Translations under genes and position numbers: made by a program
In this document: piece by piece, positions 10,154 through 20,453 of the stretch
Numbering within the stretch: position 1 is the stretch's first letter
Layout of the letters: each line of letters begins with the position of its first letter
Notes under the pieces: generated by a model
What the model was told of the DNA's origin: nothing
Seen by the model: only the letters and a program-made list of their open reading frames with translations
Database searches by the model: none
NCBI GenBank assembly: GCA_963678065.2
Contig: CAXXVZ010000003.1
Location: forward strand, 256,001 to 320,000
DNA from: Treponemataceae bacterium
GTDB lineage: Bacteria; Spirochaetota; Spirochaetia; Treponematales; Rectinemataceae
Reading direction: 5' to 3'
DNA: 64,000 bases

Positions 10154-10232
10154 GCTTGACCGGTAATCCAGGCCCGGCGAGATTCTTGCTCCAAGGCTCA
10201 AGCAAGAATTTCGCCGGGGCGGATCGTCAAGG
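10154..10232. repeat. 79-bp imperfect palindrome (attC-like or terminator-like)
   Basis: 18-bp arms CCCGGCGAGATTCTTGCT / AGCAAGAATTTCGCCGGG (1 mismatch) plus outer CTTGAC/GTCAAG; overlaps the stop codon at 10227-10229. Confidence 0.7.
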
Positions 10233-10962
10233 CTGAAACGATTGCCAGATCGCCTCTCCTGATGCTAAATAATCCTCATAATACTTTTTTTTCATATGGT
10301 CAAATCCGCTCACTAATCCTATTCTATTGCATTCATTCAATATTTCTATACTGATTTCGATAAAACTGCTTATCATTTCATTTGAGAAGTACCCTAACAC
10401 TTTCATCTCAGTATTTGAGTAACCGGCGTGAATTATTTTGTTCCTCCACATCCCGATTTCCTTTCCGCTAAGAAAATCAATAAAATCAGCTGTTCTTGAC
10501 AATTCAATTATTGAAAATATTCTATTGTATTTTTCGCTATTTTTACAAAATAGCTCATTTTCCAGATATCTATTTTCTCCGTAGTATATCTCGCTTCTTT
10601 TATCTTCTTGTATCTCTCGTCTATATTTATTTTTGTAATGCCAGTTCACTAAATACAACCAAAGAAAATCTACGGCCACATGATTTATGTATCCATTTAA
10701 GAAGGATTTATTTCCATAGTCATTCATATCTTTGGCTCTTCAACGAATCGTGTGGGTAACCAAGGAAGCATGGTAGGATGAGCAGCATGAAAGACGTAGA
10801 ACTATTCGCCCTTGCGCTTGGATTATCTGAACCCTGGATTGTTGAGAACATAGAGTTCAAACCAACTGGAAATGGTAAACTGAATTCCCCAGCAGTTGGC
10901 AAATAGGATTCCCCACCCACAGGGGCCTTGGCCGCTATGCTTGCGAGCATGCGGCACAAGAA

Positions 10963-12510
10963 ATGAGTACCATGAAGGACTACAACATCGTACGAACAGG
11001 GCACAGGCAAGGACTCACAGTCAGCGCACTAGCGGTAAAACTTGGCAAGGACCGCAAGACCGTGAGAAAGTACCTGCGCATGGACAATGACCAATTCTTA
11101 CGGTATCTCGAGCGAATGGCAGAACGCGGTAAGGCTTTTTCGGTCTACAAGGACGAAATCCTCGAGATTTTTAAAAAGAACCACGAAGGCAGAATGGTCT
11201 ACTCATCGTCCGTCCACGACTACTTAAGCGAGAAATACGGAGAGCTTCCAGGCTCGGACCGTACGTTGCGGAACTACCTGACGTATCTCAAGGCATCCGG
11301 TGCGATTAAGGTGGGCCTGTGTCGGGAATATCGTCCTGTGGAGCCTCTGGCCTACGGCAAGCAGGCTCAGATTGATTTCGGCGTAGAGACGACGAACATC
11401 GGAAAGGCTTGGTTTGTTGTCGTAGTACTCTCACGAAGCCGTTACCGCTACGTAGCGGCCCAATCCAGGCCCTTTACCAGCGAGGATGTGATCGGCCATC
11501 TCCTGGACGCCTTCGAGTTTTTTGGCGGTATCACCGAAGAACTCGTCATGGATCAGGACCGGACAATGATTGTGACGGAAAACCTTGGCGACCTCACGAC
11601 GACAAAAGCCTTTGCTGAGTTCGTCGCAGAACAGGGACTGCGGCTCCGTGTCTGCCGTGCGGCCGATCCGGAATCGAAAGGAAAGGTCGAGAATGCGGTC
11701 AAATACGTCAAAACGAGCTATTTCTCGAGCCGCAGCTTCGCGACCTTCGACGAACTCCAGGCAGGCATGCGCAAATGGCTCTTACGAGTGAACGCAAAAC
11801 TGAGCCAAGCCACGCGTCTCATGCCGCTCGCGGACTTCGAAGCGCACGAGAAACCCGTCTTGCGGGCGCTCCGAGCGTCTATTTTCCGCGCGGACACCGC
11901 ATCGGGCTGCCGAGAGAGCCGTAACGTGGATCAGAAAAGCCTTATATCGATCGCCGCGACCAGGTACTCGGTGCCGAGCTCGTACCGGCTCAACGAGGTC
12001 ACTATCGAGCGCAAGGACGGACTCATCCTGGTATTCGATACGAAGACGGGTATCCAGATCGCGGCGCATCGCGAAGCGGCAACACCCGGCGGAACGGTGC
12101 TGGACAAGGCTCACTATCGCGATCGCGAAGGATCCCAGGAAACGCTCCGCGCGGATCTTGTCGCCGCAGTAGATGATCTTCCCGAGTGGGGGAGCTTCGT
12201 CGATGGTATCTATACCGAGTATCGACGCTACTTCCGGGAGCACGCTGGCCGACTTCGGAAGCTTCTCAAGCGCAACATCGACAGAGAGAAACTCGTGCTT
12301 GCATTGAAGTTCTGCCTGGATAGAGGACTTGCAAGCGCCCAGGATCTCATCGACGCGGTCAACAGCACGACGCCAGTGCCCGCAGTGGCGCCTTCGCCGT
12401 ACCGCGGCCTTCATCAAACCAGAGACCTTCCACTAGTTGCCACACGCTCGGTCAGCGAGTATCAGCGATTCCTCGACGCGCTCGTCGATACGCAGAGGCA
12501 CGAAGAATGA
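10963..12510 (+). CDS. istA: IS21 transposase IstA
   Basis: DRKTVRKYL HTH, QAQIDFG, SRSRY, ESKGKVENAVKYVK. Confidence 0.93.
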   Translation: MSTMKDYNIVRTGHRQGLTVSALAVKLGKDRKTVRKYLRMDNDQFLRYLERMAERGKAFSVYKDEILEIFKKNHEGRMVYSSSVHDYLSEKYGELPGSDRTLRNYLTYLKASGAIKVGLCREYRPVEPLAYGKQAQIDFGVETTNIGKAWFVVVVLSRSRYRYVAAQSRPFTSEDVIGHLLDAFEFFGGITEELVMDQDRTMIVTENLGDLTTTKAFAEFVAEQGLRLRVCRAADPESKGKVENAVKYVKTSYFSSRSFATFDELQAGMRKWLLRVNAKLSQATRLMPLADFEAHEKPVLRALRASIFRADTASGCRESRNVDQKSLISIAATRYSVPSSYRLNEVTIERKDGLILVFDTKTGIQIAAHREAATPGGTVLDKAHYRDREGSQETLRADLVAAVDDLPEWGSFVDGIYTEYRRYFREHAGRLRKLLKRNIDREKLVLALKFCLDRGLASAQDLIDAVNSTTPVPAVAPSPYRGLHQTRDLPLVATRSVSEYQRFLDALVDTQRHEE

Positions 12511-13247
12511 GCGCCCTCGCAGAATCCGCTCGTAAACTGGAGTCCCTGCGGCTTCGTGGCGCGTCGTCACGGCTTCCTGAGCTTCTTAAACAAGCTGAAA
12601 GCGGGGGACTGACATGCCTTGCCTTCCTCGAGACCCTCGTGGACGTCGAACTACAGGATCGCGGCGACAGGCGCCTCAAACGAGGCCTCGCCATGGCCCA
12701 TTTTCCCGTCGTAAAGCGCCTCGAGGATTTCAAACTCGGCCGAGTAGCAGGAATTGGAAAACGAGACCTCTCTGAGCTCACCGAGTGCTCTTGGATAGAC
12801 CGTCACGAGAACCTTCTGCTCTTCGGGCCTCCTGGACTCGGAAAGACCCATCTCGCAATCGCTCTTGGCCATGTGGCCGTACGCAAAGGCTATTCGGTTT
12901 GTTACGAGCGCATGACCTCACTGGTGAAGCTCCTCGTGCGCTCTGACGCCGCACGCAGCGCTCAGTTCAGGCTAAGCCGGCTCGCGAAGGCCAACCTCAT
13001 GATCATTGATGAGATTGGCTACACTCCTATCGAGCGCAAGGAAGCCAATCTCTTTTTCACCTTCGTCTCGGATCTCTATGAACGTGCCTCTATCGTCGTG
13101 ACGAGCAACAAGGACCTGAACTCTTGGTCAGAACTCATGGGCGACGAGGTTATGACCGCAGCCCTGTTGGATCGTCTCATGCATCACGCAAAGATTTTCT
13201 CCCTGTCAGGGGAGTCATATCGCATCTCTGCAAAGAAGGAGGAATAA
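12507..13247 (+). CDS. istB: IS21 helper ATPase IstB
   Basis: GPPGLGKTHLA, IIDEIGY, TSN, ALLDRLMHH. Confidence 0.95.
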   Translation: MSALAESARKLESLRLRGASSRLPELLKQAESGGLTCLAFLETLVDVELQDRGDRRLKRGLAMAHFPVVKRLEDFKLGRVAGIGKRDLSELTECSWIDRHENLLLFGPPGLGKTHLAIALGHVAVRKGYSVCYERMTSLVKLLVRSDAARSAQFRLSRLAKANLMIIDEIGYTPIERKEANLFFTFVSDLYERASIVVTSNKDLNSWSELMGDEVMTAALLDRLMHHAKIFSLSGESYRISAKKEE

Positions 13248-13826
13248 CCCTCTACCGGGTGGGGATTCCTAGTTGCCATATGGTGGGGAAAACTACTTGC
13301 CATTTCCAACCAACAGAACATCGGCTTGATATACAGCTTGGGTTCAAGCCCGGGAGTCGTTTTCCGTGTTTTTCCTGCGATTACAAGGGTACAGCCTACG
13401 ATACGATGCCCAAAACATGGCGTCACCTCAATTTTTTCCAGCATGAAGCCTATCTGCATGCACGAGTTCCGCGGATAGACTGTCCTGAGCATGGCGTTCA
13501 TCTGATTGATATCCCGTGGGCGCGTAAAGGATCGGGATTTACCCTGCTGTACGAAGCCCTCATGATGATCATGGTCAAGGAAATGAGCGTCAAGGCAGTT
13601 TCCAGACTGACAGCTACCACCGATACGCGAGTGTGGCGAATTATGGACCATTATGTTTCCGAAGACGTGGCTACACAAGATTTATCGAAAACCACACGAA
13701 TCGGAATCGACGAAACAGCAGCCAAACGCGGACACTCATACATCACCGTTGTGGCCGATCTCGATACAGGGAAAGCCATATATGTGACCGAAGGCAAGGA
13801 TGCATCCACTATAAAAGCCTTTACAG

Positions 13827-15555
13827 CCTGAATTCCCAAACATTTATACCAATGCAGGAACCTCGACTCCTAGTGCGGAATAGAGTGACTTTTGTTTTTT
13901 AGTCATCTCTCCACAATGCAGTCTGTGTCCAGGATGTTCAAAACATTCAATGACATCCAACTCATCCAAGAGTTCATGCATCGTCATCGTTTTATAGAGC
14001 TTTTGATCGCTCATTGCCTTATCAATGTACGACAGGTAGATGAGCGCCATGAACTGAACAAAGAGCTTGCCTTCAAGGTGCTGTTCCGATGAAACTGAGG
14101 TTCGTCGCATTGAGAGTCGCTCTTTCAGGTTGTGAAAAGCCTTCTCGGCCAGATCTTTTAATCGATAGATTCCAAGCGCTTCGAGGGGATCCTTTATATC
14201 ATTCGACAAGAGCACAAAGTATCCATAGTCTTTTTCTACCGTGCTAATCGCCTCTTGTTTGGGCACAATCACTGTTCCGCGTACCGGCGTCGTACTGATG
14301 TCGTAATACTTTTGGTATAAGGTTTCGTGCTCTGGTGTTCGCCGATTTGACATGATTTCTTCTTCAAGCGTATCAAGCAGAGCATTGAATACTGTCTTGT
14401 CATCGACTGCCTTTTGGTCATCAAAGTACAGATGAAGATAGACTCTTCGCGTTCCGGTTTCTGTTGCTCCTGATCGAGGTTTCTTTACTTTATACGACCA
14501 TTCGATGGTTTTACTGTAATAATTGATTCCGTATTCAGAGCTATAGCACGACCTTGTTTTCATCGAATCCCGAACGTCATCGAGTACCCGCTGAACGAAG
14601 CGAAGCGTCTTTTTAGCGCCAATCAAGAACTTGTAATGCTTTTCAAATAAAGCATTTATGTTGTCTTCACTATAGAAGCCACGATCCATGACAAGTTTTA
14701 CCTTGTCGATTTCCAGAAATGAAAGATCGTCAATTAACCGTCGTACGGTCGTAACATCATTGATATTGCCAGCAAGCTTTCTATAGTAGACGGGTAGTTG
14801 TGATGATTGCCCAAACAATAATGCGAGGTTGATCTGTGCAAGCGGTTCGTGATCTTTGTTCCTCCCATAGCGTACCTGCTTAATAAGCTCGGAATACGAT
14901 GATATGGAAGTCGTATCATAGGCAAGGTATTCTTTTTCAAGCCTCCTTTTTGCCTGCAGCAGAAAGAATTTTTGTTTTACATCTTCCGTTATAGCACCGA
15001 AGAAATCGCTTGACCTTTGGGATGGAATTGATTCCCCATAGGGATGACGATGATTTTGTGCCCATCGTGGAAAGCGATTTAGCGGATTCTTGTCCTCCAG
15101 AATAAGGTAATAAGCGATGGAAAGCAGTTGCTTCCAAAATTCAGGGAAACAGGTTTTTATATCGTCGGTAATACCAAGCTTTTTTCCGATCTGGTCAAAT
15201 AGGTAGGTCGCTCCATAAAACTGTCGAGTACTCAATGCAATTGGAACAGGGCCTGGTTTCTTTTCCTTTTCTGCTTCGAGCTCACGCTCAAGAAGATATT
15301 TTTTATTGGGGACAAAGACAGTGTCGACCATTTTCCCAATATACTTTCGCGTATGCTTTGCGTTCTTTATAGCATTATCCCACGATGCACGATCTTCATA
15401 GACGTATGATATGCCATTGATATTCTGGGTTCTTTGTGGCATGAGATTCTCCTACATTGTTATATATTATACCAATGCTTGGAATCTGTACACTGTTATT
15501 TCATTATATTAGTTGCTTTTATTTTTCCCTTGGTATAATTTTCCGGGAATCCAGG
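13827..15555 (-). mobile_element. IS1634-family element, intact, inside ISL3
   Basis: IRs CCTGAATTCCC... and ...CGGGAATCCAGG; 6-bp duplication TTACAG at 13821-13826 and 15556-15561. Confidence 0.92.
13844..15442 (-). CDS. IS1634 transposase
   Basis: YDTTSISSYS, YGRNKD, LVMDRGFYS, EKAFHNLK. Confidence 0.92.
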   Translation of the reverse strand: MPQRTQNINGISYVYEDRASWDNAIKNAKHTRKYIGKMVDTVFVPNKKYLLERELEAEKEKKPGPVPIALSTRQFYGATYLFDQIGKKLGITDDIKTCFPEFWKQLLSIAYYLILEDKNPLNRFPRWAQNHRHPYGESIPSQRSSDFFGAITEDVKQKFFLLQAKRRLEKEYLAYDTTSISSYSELIKQVRYGRNKDHEPLAQINLALLFGQSSQLPVYYRKLAGNINDVTTVRRLIDDLSFLEIDKVKLVMDRGFYSEDNINALFEKHYKFLIGAKKTLRFVQRVLDDVRDSMKTRSCYSSEYGINYYSKTIEWSYKVKKPRSGATETGTRRVYLHLYFDDQKAVDDKTVFNALLDTLEEEIMSNRRTPEHETLYQKYYDISTTPVRGTVIVPKQEAISTVEKDYGYFVLLSNDIKDPLEALGIYRLKDLAEKAFHNLKERLSMRRTSVSSEQHLEGKLFVQFMALIYLSYIDKAMSDQKLYKTMTMHELLDELDVIECFEHPGHRLHCGEMTKKQKSLYSALGVEVPALV

Positions 15556-16376
15556 TTACAGAGCATCTGGAAGCCCATGGAGGCTCGAAAACTGCTATCA
15601 CGGACGTCTGTACCGATATGTCGCCGGCGTTCATGTCCGGGATCGAAGAGCATCTTCCCCAGGCTGCTCTCACGTTTGATCGGTTTCATGTCATGAAGCT
15701 TCTGGGTGAAGCAGTCAACGACGTGCGGAAAGAAGAATCAACGATGGAAACGGTACTCAGAGGTTCGAAATATGTCTGGTTGAGCAACCCCTACAATCTG
15801 TCGGTTAAGAATTTGGCCCGTCTCAACACCTTGTCAGGATTACAGTTAAAAACAGGGCGAGCATGGCGAATGATGAACATTTTCAAGGGACTTTTCGAAT
15901 TCTCGGCTTCTCGAGCCATAGAAGAACTTAAAAAATGGAGAGTATGGGCAACACGATCACAGCTTACCCCAATCATCAATTTTGCTGCGATGCTCAAACG
16001 ACACTGGAATGGAGTCGTTCGGTGGCTTACATCCGGAGTGACAAATGGGCTTCTTGAATCGTTGAATAGTCTGATTCAGTCAGCAAAGACCAGAGCCAGA
16101 GGATTCCGAACTATCAAAAATCTCAAGATCATGACCTACATTGTCGCCGGTAAACTGGGGCAGTTACCCACATGAAACAGCGAAGAGCCATATCTTTTTT
16201 AAATTTTTCAATAGCAGAAAACCTCCCTTCGATCGTCTTTCCTTAATGAAATGTATTTTTCTTTTATCGTCTCTTGTTGAATTTTTCCGGCAATGAATCG
16301 CATCGGGCGAGATAGAACCAATCAAATACTGGTCTCTGTCATTTTTATTTTCTTCCATGCGATCTGCAATTGCTAA

Positions 16377-17684
16377 GGCAATGCGTCAAAATAACTTGAC
16401 TAATATATTGATTATATTATAATGAAGTATGCAAGATCAGGCAACAGTAAAACAAATAGCTTCCAAGTACAACGCACTTGTGCCCATGATGGATGAACGA
16501 ATGCGACGTCAATGGGCGGCGGCTGAAGCAAGAGCGTATGGTCGTGGTGGGATACAGGCAGTCAATACCGCGATTAAGATGTCGCCGAACACAATACGCA
16601 AAGGAATGAATGAGCTGGCATTACGCGAAAGTAATCCGCACGAGAAGATACGCACTCGCGTACGTTTCCCAGGCGGTGGAAGAAAACGATGCAGTGAAAA
16701 CGATCCCGAGTTAAGGGAAAAACTTACGAGCTTAATTGAACCAATGACACGGGGTGATCCAGAGTCGCCACTACAGTGGACGTGCCTGAGCACCAGTAAT
16801 CTTGCAGATACGCTTACACGACAAGGGCACACAGTAAGCCCGCGCACGGTTGGACGGCTACTGAACGCGGAAGGCTACAGTCTACAGAGCAATCGGAAGA
16901 CCAAAGAAGGAACGTCGCATCCGGATCGAAATGCGCAGTTTGAGTATATCAACACCATGGTCAAGCGGTTTCAGCGTAAAGGGAATCCAGTTATCTCGGT
17001 AGATACGAAAAAGAAAGAATTGATTGGGGAATTTCGAAATGGAGGACGAGAATGGCGTCCCAAAGGTGAACCGGAATCTGTAATGGTTCATGACTTCATT
17101 GATACAGAGCTGGGCAAGGCCATACCATACGGAGTCTTCGATATAAGCGAAAACAAGGGCTGGGTCAGTGTAGGAATCGACCACGATACCGCACATTTTG
17201 CTGCCGAAGCCATCCGACGTTGGTGGGAAAAAATGGGTGTGAAACGGTATCGTACTGCAAAAGAATTGCTGATTACCGCTGATGGTGGTGGCAGCAACGG
17301 TAGTCGATGTCGGCTCTGGAAACTTGCATTGCACGAATTAGCGAATCAGCTTGGAATGTCAATTCACGTGTGTCACTTTCCACCAGGTACCAGCAAATGG
17401 AATAAAATCGAGCACCGAATGTTTTGCCATATCACTCAGAACTGGCGAGGCCGACCGTTGATTAGCCACGAGGTAATTATTCAATTGATTGCAAATACAA
17501 CCACTGCAGCGGGACTGAAAATATGCGCAGAATTGGATTCAGGTTCGTATCCACTCGGGATCAAGGTTAGTGATGAAGAACTTGCTGCCCTGAACATTAA
17601 GCAGGCAAAATTCCATGGCGATTGGAACTATGCTTTGCTTCCGACTAAAGAATAAAAGCAGTCAAATTATTTTGGCGCGATGCC
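16377..17684 (+). mobile_element. ISAzo13-family element
   Basis: IRs GGCAATGCGTCAAAATAACTTGAC and GTCAAATTATTTTGGCGCGATGCC; the flanks are not a direct repeat. Confidence 0.88.
16429..17655 (+). CDS. ISAzo13 transposase
   Basis: TRGDPESPLQWT, HPDRNAQF, ISVDTKKKE, TADGGGSNG, PPGTSKWNKIEHR. Confidence 0.95.
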   Translation: MQDQATVKQIASKYNALVPMMDERMRRQWAAAEARAYGRGGIQAVNTAIKMSPNTIRKGMNELALRESNPHEKIRTRVRFPGGGRKRCSENDPELREKLTSLIEPMTRGDPESPLQWTCLSTSNLADTLTRQGHTVSPRTVGRLLNAEGYSLQSNRKTKEGTSHPDRNAQFEYINTMVKRFQRKGNPVISVDTKKKELIGEFRNGGREWRPKGEPESVMVHDFIDTELGKAIPYGVFDISENKGWVSVGIDHDTAHFAAEAIRRWWEKMGVKRYRTAKELLITADGGGSNGSRCRLWKLALHELANQLGMSIHVCHFPPGTSKWNKIEHRMFCHITQNWRGRPLISHEVIIQLIANTTTAAGLKICAELDSGSYPLGIKVSDEELAALNIKQAKFHGDWNYALLPTKE

Positions 17685-17790
17685 TTAGTACCCTGGAAGG
17701 AAGTCGAAGAAAAGTATTCGAAGTTGTTCGTAGCTAATAATGGAAGGCCTGCAATCCCCGTTAGAGTAGCGTTAGACGCCCTCATGCTAA
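17685..17790 (+). pseudogene. Short N-terminal fragment of an IS5-type transposase
   Basis: Translates as LVPWKEVEEKYSKLFVANNGRPAIPVRVALDALML. Confidence 0.65.
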
Positions 17791-17793
17791 ATA

Positions 17794-18681
17794 ATGAAGA
17801 GGCTGCTTGTGAAAAAAAATAATCGTCCATTACTTGCTTTTTCTATCGACTTCGAGAGTTTCACGGAGTCTATGCAGGAGAGTTTTATTATTTCGGACGA
17901 CGTACCTCGTTTTGAAGTGGAATACGAACTTGAAAGAAATGCGGAAGCCTGTCTGGAACAGCTATCTATCCACGGTATAAAAGCCACATTCTTCATGCTC
18001 GGCTGGATTGGTGAAAAGTTCCCAAGAATTGTGAAGCGCATAGCTGCCGAAGGCCATGAGATTGGAAGTCACTCCTTTTATCACAAGCGTCTTTCTGGCC
18101 TGCGCAAGGACGAAGCGAGAGTAGATATCATGCGCTCGAAGAGCGTGCTCGAGAACCTGACCGGACGCCCTGTGCTGGGTTTCAGGGCTCCCGATTTCTC
18201 GCTTGCTGGTGATGGTTGGATTTTAGACTACCTGGTTGAGATAGGTTTTCGGTATGATTCCAGTTCAGTGCCAACTGCGATCCGTGACGACTATGGAAAA
18301 GGTTGGACCAAGACTGAAGTTAACAGACTGCCAAACGGTCTCATAGAATTTCCTATTCCTACCAAAATGTTGGCAGGACGCTTCTCGCTCCCTGTTGGGG
18401 GGGGAGGATACTTTCGGTTGTTTCCTTTTGCCTTGACGCAACGATGGCTTGCTACTGTTACCGATCCTTTGACTTATTTACACCCCTATGAGATTGGTGG
18501 TGTCTTCCCGAGTGATATTTCGATGTCATTCTTGCGTCTCATCCGTCATACATACAACAATGGTCACCTGAATGGAAAGCTTGCTCACTTGTTCGCTAGC
18601 TATAGTGCCGTGCCTATTACGGAATACTTGAGGAGACAACATGATGAACTCTTTGAAAATTCGGAAGCTGCTCCCAAGTGA
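17794..18681 (+). CDS. Polysaccharide deacetylase (NodB-type, DUF3473-like C-terminus)
   Basis: FSIDFE, KATFFMLG, GHEIGSHS..H, GFRAP, YDSS, GGGGYFRL, YLHPYE. Confidence 0.9.
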   Translation: MKRLLVKKNNRPLLAFSIDFESFTESMQESFIISDDVPRFEVEYELERNAEACLEQLSIHGIKATFFMLGWIGEKFPRIVKRIAAEGHEIGSHSFYHKRLSGLRKDEARVDIMRSKSVLENLTGRPVLGFRAPDFSLAGDGWILDYLVEIGFRYDSSSVPTAIRDDYGKGWTKTEVNRLPNGLIEFPIPTKMLAGRFSLPVGGGGYFRLFPFALTQRWLATVTDPLTYLHPYEIGGVFPSDISMSFLRLIRHTYNNGHLNGKLAHLFASYSAVPITEYLRRQHDELFENSEAAPK

Positions 18682-19675
18682 TGGGCTGGCAGTAACACAG
18701 CTTTACTTCGATACTTTCGGGATCAAAGTAGACCCCTCCTACTGGGAGTGGAAATACATAAACAACCCTAGTGGACAGATATACACAGAATTAGCATTCG
18801 ATGACGATCGTTGCGTTGGCCAGTATGCGATGCTCCCTATGTCTATCTGTGTAGATGGAGTCGAGACTGATACACTAGTCGCTCTCGACAACATGGTTCA
18901 TCCCGACTACCAGCGGCGGGGAATACTTAAGCAATTAGAGAAGGCTTTGGCTGAGGATCGACCCAACAACATTCCCTACTTTACTTTTCTCAATGAAAAC
19001 TCCTTTCCCATGTACATAAAGCACTTTGGTTGGACCTATATGGGTCCGCTAGACGTTTTTATGAAACCGCTAGGTGTTAGCTCACTGGCCATGCGAAACC
19101 GCGCGTGGGGTATCCTTAATCCATTTTTTGCGGCCTATCGCCGATTCCATGCAAACCGCGATAACCATCTGACTGCCGAACCTTTTACCGTATTCGGCGA
19201 AGAGATCGAAGCTTTGTGGAATCGTACCAAGGCGAGTCTCGGTGTTACTCTCAATCGTAGTCAGCGTTTTTTGCAGTGGCGTTTCAGCGAAGCACCAATC
19301 GCCTACGAGAAATATGAAATTCGTGACCATGGAGATCTTCGCGGTTATGCAATAGTACGTATGCAAGAGAAATTCAGGTTGCGCATAGGTTGGCTGCTCG
19401 ATTTACTGGTCGATAATATGGATGATGTCAACACATACGCCAATGCATTGCTTGCGGTTGAAGAGCGACTACTCGACCGTTGCGATTTTCTTTCCCTCAT
19501 TTCACCTTCCATCAACTACGAGAAAGAAGTCAAACATGCTGGCTTCAAGAAAGTTCCCAAAGGATTTCTACCGCACCAGTTCTATTTTTGTGTGCGTCGC
19601 AATGATTATGCCAATGTTGCGGTTCTGGATCGTGAGCATTGGTACTTCACGTGGTCGTTGCATGATGTATTGTAG
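18641..19675 (+). CDS. GNAT-fold acyltransferase (two-lobed, FemAB-like)
   Basis: YWEWKY..NP, DNMVHPDYQRRG, RSQRFLQWRF. Confidence 0.75.
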   Translation: MMNSLKIRKLLPSDGLAVTQLYFDTFGIKVDPSYWEWKYINNPSGQIYTELAFDDDRCVGQYAMLPMSICVDGVETDTLVALDNMVHPDYQRRGILKQLEKALAEDRPNNIPYFTFLNENSFPMYIKHFGWTYMGPLDVFMKPLGVSSLAMRNRAWGILNPFFAAYRRFHANRDNHLTAEPFTVFGEEIEALWNRTKASLGVTLNRSQRFLQWRFSEAPIAYEKYEIRDHGDLRGYAIVRMQEKFRLRIGWLLDLLVDNMDDVNTYANALLAVEERLLDRCDFLSLISPSINYEKEVKHAGFKKVPKGFLPHQFYFCVRRNDYANVAVLDREHWYFTWSLHDVL

Positions 19676-19859
19676 TAGCTATGCTACGATGATTGGCTTC
19701 AAAAACAGTACTCAATAAACCTAAAAAATTACAGTTTTGAAAGCGCCTCAAGAGAATAGATATAATGAGAGTTGCATATGATGTAATAGCAATATATTTG
19801 ATAATCGGTGTACTATATTGAACGTTGTTTATTCATTTCACCAGAAAGAGGTATAAGAA

Positions 19860-20453
19860 TTGAGTAGGCTACTTAAATTTATTGGCAACTTATATTATTA
19901 CATAGTTGGAAATATATGGACACTATTATTATATAATAGAAAGTATTTAAGTGGGGAACTGTTCAAATTCAGTGGTAATGGTTACAGATATATATGCCGC
20001 AGTGCCCCATCACAATTATTTAGACGTATTAATGTAGGAGTACCGTGGCCAGTTTCTCAGCGAATGAATGTATCGGGTTGGAGGAATATCAGTTTTGATC
20101 CCGACGATATGCATATATTTCAAATGAGTGGTGTTTATTTTCAGGCGCTTGATGCCCCGATTACTATCGGGAAAGGCATATGGATTGCTCCAAACGTTGG
20201 AATAATCACAACAAATCACGATTTTAACGATCTAGGTCGTCATACCAAAGGGGAAGCTGTTATAATCGGTGAAAACTGCTGGCTAGGGATGAATAGTATA
20301 ATTCTACCAGGAGTGAAGCTCGGAAGTCGAACGATTGTCGGTGCCGGGAGTGTTGTTACTAAGAGCTTTCTAGAAGGAAATTTAATTATTGCAGGGAATC
20401 CAGCGCAAGTGATACGTATGTTAGGTGATACGACGCGAGATAACAATGAATAG
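19860..20453 (+). CDS. Hexapeptide-repeat (LbH) O-acetyltransferase
   Basis: IAPNVGIITTNH, IIGENCWLGMNSIILPGV, VGAGSVVTK, AGNPA. Confidence 0.9.
   Translation: MSRLLKFIGNLYYYIVGNIWTLLLYNRKYLSGELFKFSGNGYRYICRSAPSQLFRRINVGVPWPVSQRMNVSGWRNISFDPDDMHIFQMSGVYFQALDAPITIGKGIWIAPNVGIITTNHDFNDLGRHTKGEAVIIGENCWLGMNSIILPGVKLGSRTIVGAGSVVTKSFLEGNLIIAGNPAQVIRMLGDTTRDNNE

Larger units (their letters stand above)
10867..13308 (+). mobile_element. IS21-family element, intact, inside ISL3
   Basis: Ends TGGAAATGG...CCATTTCCA with internal repeated TTCCCC boxes; 6-bp duplication ACCAAC at 10861-10866 and 13309-13314. Confidence 0.93.
10787..16175 (+). pseudogene. ISL3 transposase in three pieces (10787-10866, 13315-13826, 15562-16175)
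   Basis: MKDVELFALALGLSEPW / WRHLNFFQHEAYL..IGIDET / TDMSPAF..FDRFHV..TNGLLESLNS..ARGFR. Confidence 0.92.
10734..16189 (+). mobile_element. ISL3-family element carrying two nested IS insertions
   Basis: IRs GGCTCTTC...GTGGGTAAC and GTTACCCAC...GAAGAGCC; 8-bp target duplication ATATCTTT at 10726-10733 and 16190-16197. Confidence 0.93.
10227..16376 (-). pseudogene. Zn-dependent phospholipase C-like (Zn_dep_PLPC-type) gene, split by ISL3 and 5'-truncated by ISAzo13
   Basis: Pieces 16376-16190 (LAIADR...LIGSISPDAIH) and 10733-10227 (GYINHVAVDFLW) rejoin across the ATATCTTT duplication. Confidence 0.7.

Noticed and set aside
13124..13314. N-terminus of ORF 13124-13831 (and similarly of 15513-16175)
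   Set aside because: Read-through from IS21 or IS1634 terminal sequence into ISL3 transposase fragments; not independent genes.
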